The position numbers were made by a program, and so were the translations under genes. 32,000 bases of DNA, taken from assembly GCA_016432445.1 (NCBI GenBank), contig CP066689.1:960001-992000 (forward strand), in the 5' to 3' direction. Under the pieces are notes generated by a model that was not told the DNA's origin, ran no database searches, and worked only from the letters and a program-made list of their open reading frames with translations. This DNA comes from Candidatus Saccharimonadota bacterium (GTDB lineage: Bacteria; Patescibacteriota; Microgenomatia; UBA1406; GWC2-37-13). This document shows, piece by piece, positions 12,764-19,208 of the stretch. Within the stretch, counting starts at the first letter, position 1. Each line of letters opens with the position of its first letter.

Positions 12764-13621
12764 TTATTTACTGCGAAGATACTTCATGTAGGCTCTTGGA
12801 AAACGGAGAGCAGAAAAGAAAGAGAATACTACTCCTTGCCAACCATCTAAAATTCCTTTATGTCTTATTTGTGTCAATAAAAACCAGTGAAGAGGTTTAA
12901 TAACAATGTAATTAATAAACATACCAACACCTTTGTCCATATTTTTTTCCTGCATTTCCTTGGCAATCACATTAATATACCGTCTATTTCTGGCAAGATA
13001 TCGGTTAAAATCAACATCCGCATAATGAAGAATAGCATTTTTAAAGTAACCTATCTGACCATCAACCTCAACATTTTCGTGAACGCTTTTACAAGGAAAT
13101 CGAGCCTTGCCATTTTTGTATAAACGGATTGTATAATCGGGATAAACTCCACCCTTCATCAAAAACCGCCCTAAAAAATAATTTTTTCGGGGAACCCAAT
13201 AGGCAATAAATTTAGAATTATGAATTGAGAATTCAGAATTAAATTTAGAATTTAGAATTGATTTTTCTGTTTGTTTATTCTTAATTCTGAACTCTGAATT
13301 CTGAATTTGAAGAAGATTTGCAATCTCAAATCGCAAATCTTTTGAAAGGGCTTCATCGGCATCCAACTGAAGTATCCACTCCCCTTTTGCCTTATCCAAT
13401 GCTTTTTGCTTATTGATATGAAACATTGGAGGGTTGTTTTCATGAAAAATTTTTACCTTTTCGCCGTATTTTTGGGCAATCTCCACTGTTTTATCAGTTG
13501 ACCCGCCATCAACTATGACAACTTCGTCTACCAGATCGTAGGCTGAATCTAGTGGATAGTGGATAAACTTTTCCTCATTATATGCGGCAATGCAGAGTGA
13601 TAATATCATAGGTATAACCAT
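12764..13621 (-). CDS. family 2 glycosyltransferase with an internal low-complexity insert
   Basis: LSLCIAAYNEEKFI...VVIVDGGSTDKTVEIA...ILQLDADE GT-A signature, and a conserved C-terminal half YWVPRKNYFLGRFLMKGGVYPDYTIRLY. Confidence 0.9.
   Translation of the reverse strand: MVIPMILSLCIAAYNEEKFIHYPLDSAYDLVDEVVIVDGGSTDKTVEIAQKYGEKVKIFHENNPPMFHINKQKALDKAKGEWILQLDADEALSKDLRFEIANLLQIQNSEFRIKNKQTEKSILNSKFNSEFSIHNSKFIAYWVPRKNYFLGRFLMKGGVYPDYTIRLYKNGKARFPCKSVHENVEVDGQIGYFKNAILHYADVDFNRYLARNRRYINVIAKEMQEKNMDKGVGMFINYIVIKPLHWFLLTQIRHKGILDGWQGVVFSFFSALRFPRAYMKYLRSK
13208..13312. repeat. AT-rich heptamer / inverted-repeat insert, in frame within the GT2 gene
   Basis: 7-nt periodic units: tttagaa, ttatgaa, ttgagaa, ttcagaa, ttaaatt, tagaatt, tagaatt. 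The inverted partner is ttaattctgaactctgaattctgaattt. GAGAATTCAGAATTAA (13227-13242) versus TTAATTCTGAACTCTG (13281-13296) matches 14 of 16 as an inverted repeat. Encodes IQNSEFRIKNKQTEKSILNSKFNSEFSIHNSKF. Confidence 0.65.
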
Positions 13622-13650
13622 TATAATTTTTATAACGATTATAATTATTA

Positions 13651-13656
13651 TATAAT
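13651..13656 (+). promoter_or_regulatory. -10 box TATAAT, leaderless layout
   Basis: TATAAT at 13651-13656, 7 nt, ATG 13664. Confidence 0.45.
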
Positions 13657-13663
13657 ACCATTC

Positions 13664-14218
13664 ATGATAAAAACTGTATCCACCTTTTTGGCCACCCTAA
13701 CTTTTCTTAGCGACATTGCTATTGTTGTCTTCTTTGTGCTTCTGCTGGCTCAACTATTTTTCAAAGTTTCTTATCTTAAAATTTTAAAAAAGATTTTTAC
13801 TCCTTACTCATATCATTTGGTATTTTTAGTTGCGCTAACCTCAACATTAGGCAGCCTTTTTTATTCCGAGATAGCTAAATACTCGCCTTGTGTTCTTTGC
13901 TGGTACCAGAGGATTTTTATGTATCCTCAGGTATTTTTGGTTTATCTTGCTAACATTCGCAATGAAAGAGTAATTACGCCTTACCTTATCCTTATGAATG
14001 TGATTGGCGCTCTCCTTGCTCTTTACCATTACATCATTCAACTTGCTCCTAAAGCCTCGCTTCTGCCCTGCGAGATCGGCGGAGCTGTATCATGCACCAA
14101 AAAATTCACTCTTTATTATGGCTTTATTACCATTCCCATGATGTCTCTTACGGCATTTGTTTTGAACTTAATTTTACTAATTTACTTTTCTGAAAAGTCA
14201 AAACGGAAAGTTAAATAA
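13664..14218 (+). CDS. disulfide bond formation protein, DsbB/BdbC family
   Basis: 184-aa polytopic membrane ORF with YSPCVLCWYQRIFMYPQ (the CxxC...QR hallmark) and a second Cys pair, LLPCEIGGAVSC. Confidence 0.85.
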   Translation: MIKTVSTFLATLTFLSDIAIVVFFVLLLAQLFFKVSYLKILKKIFTPYSYHLVFLVALTSTLGSLFYSEIAKYSPCVLCWYQRIFMYPQVFLVYLANIRNERVITPYLILMNVIGALLALYHYIIQLAPKASLLPCEIGGAVSCTKKFTLYYGFITIPMMSLTAFVLNLILLIYFSEKSKRKVK

Positions 14219-14224
14219 ACATAC

Positions 14225-14323
14225 ATTGTCATTTCGAGCCGAAGGCGAGAAATCTAGAAGCGCTTTACGCTTCGCTGGATTTCTCACTTCTCCGGCGGTG
14301 GCGGATTCGTTCGAAATGACAAT
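14225..14323. repeat. ~100-nt imperfect palindromic (REP-like) element
   Basis: Nested perfect arms: ATTGTCATTTCGA (14225-14237) with TCGAAATGACAAT (14311-14323); GAGAAATC (14247-14254) with GATTTCTC (14278-14285); GAAGCG (14257-14262) with CGCTTC (14268-14273). G+C-richer than its flanks. Lies between two same-strand genes. Confidence 0.7.
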
Positions 14324-14352
14324 TAGATCAACTCAAAATTTATGTTTCAATT

Positions 14353-14892
14353 ATGATAAAAATAGTTACTGTTCCCAACTCCGTTCTTAACTCCCCTGCC
14401 CAGCCTGTTACTAAAATTGACGATAAGATCAAAAACCTGGTTTATGATATGGAAGAGGTATTGATTGCTCAAATTGATCCTCAGGGAGTTGGTTTAGCCG
14501 CCCCGCAGGTTGGAATCTCTTTACAAATTTTCCTTATCAAACCTGAACGCAATCAGGAAACCGAAGTCTTCATCAACCCCAAAATTCTAGAAGTAAAAAC
14601 TCAAAACCCATCACCCACAACCCAGAACGTAAAAAGTCCTAAAGATAAGCTCGAAGGTTGTCTCTCCATCCCCCGCATTTGGGGGCCTGTTAAAAGAGCC
14701 AATAAAGTAAAACTTCAGTATCAAACGCTTGCCGGTGAAACTAAAACCCAGTGGTTTACCGGCCTTAAAGCCGCTATCATCCAGCATGAAATGGATCATT
14801 TAAATGGTATTTTATTTACGCAAAAAGCCTTGGAACAAAAAACTCCTCTTTATGAAGAAGAAAATGGAGAGTTCACGAAAGTGAATTATTAG
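14353..14892 (+). CDS. def: peptide deformylase
   Basis: The three canonical motifs are present: GVGLAAPQVG, EGCLSIP and QHEMDHLNG. Carries an extra ~12-aa segment (KTQNPSPTTQNVKSPKDKL) before EGCLSIP. Confidence 0.95.
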   Translation: MIKIVTVPNSVLNSPAQPVTKIDDKIKNLVYDMEEVLIAQIDPQGVGLAAPQVGISLQIFLIKPERNQETEVFINPKILEVKTQNPSPTTQNVKSPKDKLEGCLSIPRIWGPVKRANKVKLQYQTLAGETKTQWFTGLKAAIIQHEMDHLNGILFTQKALEQKTPLYEEENGEFTKVNY

Positions 14893-14895
14893 TTA

Positions 14896-15010
14896 AATCC
14901 AAATGTCAAATTTCAAATTTCAAAAAAATCATTTGACATTTAAAATTTAGATTAAAATTTAGATTTTGGATTTGTTTTGGCATTTGTCATTTGGACTTTG
15001 GATTTATAGT
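14896..15010. repeat. heptamer arrays in inverted arrangement (AAATnCA units, then their complement)
   Basis: Forward units: aaatcca, aatgtca, aatttca, aatttca. Complement units: ggcattt, gtcattt, ggacttt, ggattta. Nested inverted pairs: AAATGTCAAAT (14901-14911) with ATTTGACATTT (14931-14941), and AAATCCAAA (14896-14904) with TTTGGATTT (14965-14973). Overlaps the 3' end of rpmB. Confidence 0.7.
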
Positions 15011-15254
15011 TTACTAAAATTAAATCTGGAGTTACTCCTTCAGCCATATCTTTTTTAACTCTTTTTACGCACTTGGAGCAAAGTTTGACTCTTACTGTTT
15101 TACCAGCTTCGATTATCTCCATTGGCTGAAGATTGGGGTGAAATATCCGTCTTGTTTTAGGAGCTCTTTTTTTCCAACGGCCTCCTGCAACACCTCTATG
15201 GTGAGTATGAGATCTGCCGTATAAAGCTCCTTTTCCGCAATGAAAGCATTCCAT
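14952..15254 (-). CDS. rpmB: 50S ribosomal protein L28 with a repeat-derived C-terminal tail
   Basis: C.HCGKGALYGRSHTHH...KTRRIFHPNLQ...VKLCSKCVKR matches the bL28 pattern (CxxC...SH...R.F.PNLQ). The last ~20 codons (YKSKVQMTNAKTNPKSKF) are read through the heptamer array. Confidence 0.8.
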   Translation of the reverse strand: MECFHCGKGALYGRSHTHHRGVAGGRWKKRAPKTRRIFHPNLQPMEIIEAGKTVRVKLCSKCVKRVKKDMAEGVTPDLILVNYKSKVQMTNAKTNPKSKF

Positions 15255-15267
15255 ATTATTAAAAAAT

Positions 15268-15347
15268 TAAAATGTCAAAATTCAAATACCAAATCAAATC
15301 CAAAATCCTAAAAATATTTGACATTTGTCATTTGAACTTTGGATTTA
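15268..15347. repeat. heptamer arrays upstream of rpmB, same word family as 14896-15010
   Basis: Forward units: aaaatgt, caaaatt, caaatac, caaatca, aatccaa, aatccta. Complement units: ttgacat, ttgtcat, ttgaact, ttggatt. The 25-mer CATTTGTCATTTGAACTTTGGATTT (15322-15346) matches 14981-15005 at 24 of 25 positions as a direct repeat. Confidence 0.7.
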
Positions 15348-15399
15348 ATTTAAGATGATTTATGATATCATATAAGTACTTTAAAATCAATTTAAATTT

Positions 15400-16056
15400 A
15401 TGCTTATCGCTATTATTATTTCTGTATTGGTTTTGATTATCTCTGTTGTTGTTCACGAGTATTCCCATGCTAAAGCAGCCGATCACTTAGGTGATCCTAC
15501 AGCTAAACTTAATGGAAGATTAACCTTAAATCCGTTAGCTCACATTGATATTTTGGGCTCAATTATTTTACCGCTTTTTTTAATTATAACTCAGGCGGGT
15601 ATTATCTTTGGCTGGGCTAAACCAGTACCTATTGATTACTATAATTTTAGAAACCCTCGAAAGGACTCTGCTTTAGTATCTCTAGCTGGTCCAGGATCAA
15701 ACTTAAGTTTGGCTATTATTTGCTCCATATTGCTCAATCTGTTCATATTGTTTAAACTATCTTTTTTAATCACTATAGGTTCTCTTATTTTAATTCCTTT
15801 AATAAAAATTAATATTATACTTGGCGTCTTTAACCTTTTACCTATCCACCCTTTGGACGGATTTAAGATTGTTGAAGGCATTCTTCCCGCAGATAAAACA
15901 CAGGAATGGAAAGGACTAGAGAAATACGGGTTCATTTTTATTTTGCTCCTTCTTGTCCCCATAGGTAACTCCTCTTTATTAAACACCATCATTGGACCTG
16001 TAATAAACTTTTTATTCCGACTACTTCTTCCTCAAATAGGACTGGGAGTTATTTAA
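15400..16056 (+). CDS. M50-family (site-2 protease-like) zinc metalloprotease
   Basis: Polytopic 218-aa ORF with VVHEYSHAKAA (HExxH) and NLLPIHPLDG (the NxxPxxxLDG motif). Confidence 0.85.
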   Translation: MLIAIIISVLVLIISVVVHEYSHAKAADHLGDPTAKLNGRLTLNPLAHIDILGSIILPLFLIITQAGIIFGWAKPVPIDYYNFRNPRKDSALVSLAGPGSNLSLAIICSILLNLFILFKLSFLITIGSLILIPLIKINIILGVFNLLPIHPLDGFKIVEGILPADKTQEWKGLEKYGFIFILLLLVPIGNSSLLNTIIGPVINFLFRLLLPQIGLGVI

Positions 16057-16059
16057 AAG

Positions 16060-16689
16060 TTAAAGCGCTGGAGTAGCTGAGACTGTAGCGGTTGGGACAG
16101 CGCTGGTTGAAGCTGATTTTTGTTTACAGATTAACCAATCCCGGGCCGTACAACCTTTACCTATTTTTGTCTTAATTTTATTACAATCCGTTTCATCACA
16201 GGTTTGAACCGTTGATGCGTCATTTTGAGGGAGAACTAACGTAGACATAGGTGAAGGTCTAGTAATTGTTGTTGGCTTTGCCACAGGAGCTTGAGTTTTT
16301 TCTGTTCCTTTGGTCGTAAATGTCCAAGGCACCCCGCCATTATCATATTTTTGATCAGCAATTCTTATCTGGAAATAATAAGTTGTAGCCGGAGAGAGAA
16401 GAGTCAGATCAACAATATGGCTTTTGGTTTTTTGAGGTTCCGGAGCAAAAAAATTAAGGGCCGTCGGAGAGGTACCATATTCAATAACTCCTTGTGTTTC
16501 CTCACCTGTAGACCAGGACACTTTAACGCTGTTTTGAGATAAATCTGATACAATGACATCACGCGGAGCTATATCGCTTGCTTTCGTAAGAGTTCCTTGA
16601 AGTAGCTTAAAACCCATAACCAGCACAAAAATGCCTATAACACTACCTATTATTATTGAAGCTATCCTAACTAAAGTATGCTGATTCAT
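16060..16689 (-). CDS. membrane-anchored fibronectin type III domain protein
   Basis: N-terminal TM helix IASIIIGSVIGIFVLVMGF. FN3-like VSDLSQNSVKVSWSTGEETQGVIEYGTSP...ATTYYFQIRI. The start overlaps the upstream stop (ATGA). Confidence 0.75.
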   Translation of the reverse strand: MNQHTLVRIASIIIGSVIGIFVLVMGFKLLQGTLTKASDIAPRDVIVSDLSQNSVKVSWSTGEETQGVIEYGTSPTALNFFAPEPQKTKSHIVDLTLLSPATTYYFQIRIADQKYDNGGVPWTFTTKGTEKTQAPVAKPTTITRPSPMSTLVLPQNDASTVQTCDETDCNKIKTKIGKGCTARDWLICKQKSASTSAVPTATVSATPAL

Positions 16690-17387
16690 AAGAGTTTAAA
16701 TCCTATGCCAATTAAAAATAATAATGTTCCAGCCGCAATAAAAATGGGGAGATTATTTTCTGTGATTCCTGATCTTGGCAGTTGAGAGACTGCCGTTGGA
16801 GCGGCAGTAGCATAAGTATTTGATGAAGAGGCAAGTGTGGGAGTGGCTGTTGGGTTGGAAGTATTACCGGCGCCTACAGTAACTGCTGATGTTCCATTAC
16901 TGGCGCAAAGGATAAGATCAGTACCGTTTAGATCATTTTTGGTAATATGTGAACCAGTGGCTGGACCGCAGGTAAAGCTCAAGTTAGCAGTACCATTTTT
17001 CAAGGCCTTAAATACGACTGTCGCTAAAGTACCGCTTCCTGACTTTGAAGTGGCAACATCATCAACTAACCCAACTACATAGACTGTACCGCCGGTCATA
17101 GTAGGATTGGTGACGGTTGTGAATATTGTACCGTTAGTGACTCCTTGTGGCTCGAGAACTGTTTGATCGTAAGTTATCACTGCGTCAACGCCTAAGTATT
17201 GATCGGTTGAAAGAGCATCAATTTTAACAGCTACCTCAAATGTTTGACCGGCAGTAGTAGTAACTGCGGCTGGATCAAACTTTAGTGCAGCCGCAAAAAC
17301 ATTTTTAAGCTGTGGTACCACAAAAAAAACTGCCAATAAGATTACTATCTGGAAAAAAATCCTTTTTATTTGCATTACATCTATCAT
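16686..17387 (-). CDS. cohesin-domain surface protein with an LPxSG-type C-terminal sorting signal
   Basis: Signal/TM segment, then the cohesin-like LKFDPAAVTTTAGQTFEVAVKIDAL...GVDAVITYDQTVLEP...TLATVVFKALKNGTANLSF. LPRSG (codons 16781-16767) is followed by a hydrophobic helix and a K-containing tail. Confidence 0.75.
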   Translation of the reverse strand: MIDVMQIKRIFFQIVILLAVFFVVPQLKNVFAAALKFDPAAVTTTAGQTFEVAVKIDALSTDQYLGVDAVITYDQTVLEPQGVTNGTIFTTVTNPTMTGGTVYVVGLVDDVATSKSGSGTLATVVFKALKNGTANLSFTCGPATGSHITKNDLNGTDLILCASNGTSAVTVGAGNTSNPTATPTLASSSNTYATAAPTAVSQLPRSGITENNLPIFIAAGTLLFLIGIGFKLL

Positions 17388-17420
17388 ATTCCATATTGTT
17401 TTTTATGTCAAACGTAACGA

Positions 17421-17476
17421 AATTAGATCTTAGATATTCGATATTAGATCTTCGAAAATCGAACATCAAATGTCGA
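17421..17476. repeat. TCTTAGA-type heptamer array
   Basis: Eight 7-nt units: aattaga, tcttaga, tattcga, tattaga, tcttcga, aaatcga, acatcaa, atgtcga. Same unit family as 4757-4798. Confidence 0.7.
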
Positions 17477-17483
17477 TGATCTC

Positions 17484-17918
17484 TTAAAGTACTCCTGCTT
17501 TCTTTACCATCTTAAGGTGTTCATGAAACATTGAGTGAAGAGGCACAGGCAGATTATCCAGTGAAAACCAGCCGATATTTTCTATTTTGTCAGGGTCCCC
17601 TATCTTTACTTTTTCAGGAATAACTTCGGCGGCAAAAATAACCGCTACCCAATGAGTTTTCTCTTTTCCATTTTTTCTTAAAACATTATTGACAGCAATA
17701 AACTTAAGATCAACTACCTCACTGCAGTACTCTTCCCTAATCTCGCGCCTAACAGCCTCCTCAAAAGTCTCCCCCACTCTCATCGCGCCTCCTCCCGGAT
17801 CCCAGACGCCAACCTCATCCCGGCAGTTCTTGCTTCTTTTATTCATCAAAATTTTACCTTTACCGTCATGGCAGTAAAATACGCAGCCAACGCCGATATA
17901 ATCAACCCCTTTTTTCAT
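17484..17918 (-). CDS. NUDIX hydrolase
   Basis: Nudix box GGGAMRVGETFEEAVRREIREEYCSEV in a 144-aa ORF. Confidence 0.9.
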   Translation of the reverse strand: MKKGVDYIGVGCVFYCHDGKGKILMNKRSKNCRDEVGVWDPGGGAMRVGETFEEAVRREIREEYCSEVVDLKFIAVNNVLRKNGKEKTHWVAVIFAAEVIPEKVKIGDPDKIENIGWFSLDNLPVPLHSMFHEHLKMVKKAGVL

Positions 17919-17945
17919 TTGAAGAAATTATAACAAAAGATTATA

Positions 17946-18692
17946 TTATATTTTTTTTGATGAAAGAAACTCCAGTACTCTATCTGTAGCAAAATGGATA
18001 CCTTCTAGTGGGTTTTCTGTTTTCATATAGTTAGAAACGAAATTAGCAAAGAAGGTATCTCCGGCTCCAAGTGTATTTTTAGTTTTTATCACTCGTTGTG
18101 TCTCAAAGCTATATTTTTTTCCAAAAACAAAGAGATCACAGCCTTTTGTTCCTTTAGTAATTAGCAAGATTTTCTCTTTTTGGATTTCTATAAAAGATTT
18201 AGGAATATAAGATATTTCATAATCTCCTGCCTTAAGGCAAAAAATAGATTGCTGAATTCCTTTTCCAGGGCGCCAATGTTTCTTTTTCCCAAAATCTTGG
18301 CCGTCACGGACATATCCTTGTATATCCAAAAATATTTGCCCTTTGTAATCCCCTATGCCATCTAAACTAAACTCATTCAATAGAGATGATATTAATAAAT
18401 AAGGAGCATCTATGTTTGAAAAATCAATTTTAAACGGAACTGGAACTGCTGTAATTTTCCCGAATTCATCATTTTCCTTAATAAGGATTTCTGTTTTAAG
18501 CTTAAAAACATGTTCAAGTTTAAAATCTACAGCAGCTTTCTTTAAAGCTTGCGTTATGTAATAGGCTGGGCCTCCCTTTTGTTTACTTAAGAAATTACCT
18601 TTTTCGTTATAAAGATAATCTTTGGCAAACGATGAAAAAATGGAGATATTATTTGTTTTTTTCATATTTGCTTTTAGCAAGTTGAATAGCAA
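17946..18692 (-). CDS. PfkB/ribokinase-family sugar or nucleoside kinase
   Basis: C-terminal NTLGAGDTFFANFVS (the GAGD anion-hole motif), and ILLITKGTKGCDLF before it. The start is uncertain (alternative ATG at 18665). Overlaps the upstream gene. Confidence 0.7.
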   Translation of the reverse strand: MLFNLLKANMKKTNNISIFSSFAKDYLYNEKGNFLSKQKGGPAYYITQALKKAAVDFKLEHVFKLKTEILIKENDEFGKITAVPVPFKIDFSNIDAPYLLISSLLNEFSLDGIGDYKGQIFLDIQGYVRDGQDFGKKKHWRPGKGIQQSIFCLKAGDYEISYIPKSFIEIQKEKILLITKGTKGCDLFVFGKKYSFETQRVIKTKNTLGAGDTFFANFVSNYMKTENPLEGIHFATDRVLEFLSSKKI

Positions 18693-19191
18693 ATGTTACT
18701 GCTTCTTCAGGATTTTTTGCCTCTTCAATTTTAAATCTTTTCCTATTATCTAAATATTGGCTGGCTAGTTTTTCACTCCACCCTCCGCTTCCTTTTAAAA
18801 CAACCACCGGAATATTCGCTTGATAGGCTATAGCTATTTCCGTTAACGTCCCTGACCCTCCACTAATGGCAATAATAACATCACAGCTTAAAACTAAAAC
18901 CAGTTCTCTACCGCCTCCCCTTTCCAAACCGCTGGCAATTACGACATCCACATTCTTTTCAACTATATCCATTCCTTTTCCATAAGTAACTCCTACTGTA
19001 GTTCCGTTAGCCTTTTTGGCTCCACGGCAAGCCGCAGAAGATAAAGAATCGCAATCTTTCTCTGCCCCAAACAAAAGCACGGCTTGATTTTTAGCTACCC
19101 AATAGCCTACTTCCTCTGCTAATTTTTCTATTTTTTTGGAATAGTTTAAATCAGCGCAAGAACCCATTACTCCTATCTGTATTTTTCTCAT
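18649..19191 (-). CDS. TIGR00725 / LOG-SLOG-like Rossmann protein (putative nucleotide N-glycosidase family)
   Basis: IQIGVMGS...AVLLFGA...AACRGAKKANGTTVGV...DVIIAISGGSGTLTEIAIAYQANIPVVVL matches the lysine-decarboxylase-like/LOG fold family. Confidence 0.8.
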   Translation of the reverse strand: MRKIQIGVMGSCADLNYSKKIEKLAEEVGYWVAKNQAVLLFGAEKDCDSLSSAACRGAKKANGTTVGVTYGKGMDIVEKNVDVVIASGLERGGGRELVLVLSCDVIIAISGGSGTLTEIAIAYQANIPVVVLKGSGGWSEKLASQYLDNRKRFKIEEAKNPEEAVTFAIQLAKSKYEKNK

Positions 19192-19208
19192 ATTTTGAAT
19201 TATAACAA

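Noticed and set aside
12026-14218. Glycocin/sublancin-like RiPP locus: Cys-containing small peptides, a GT2 glycosyltransferase and a BdbC-like thiol-disulfide oxidoreductase.
   Set aside because: The gene set superficially echoes sunA-sunS-bdbB. However, the peptides converge on the GT2 gene rather than sharing an operon with it. There is no double-glycine leader, no nested CxxxxxxC pairs and no peptidase-ABC transporter. The GT2 also lacks the extra C-terminal domain I associate with SunS-type enzymes. Worth only a quick antiSMASH/RODEO check.
14896-15347. Possible CRISPR array (regularly repeated short units near rpmB; also at 4757-4798, 13208-13312 and 17421-17476).
   Set aside because: The period is 7 nt with no unique spacers. 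CRISPR repeats are ~24-48 nt and alternate with spacers of similar length. No cas genes are present.
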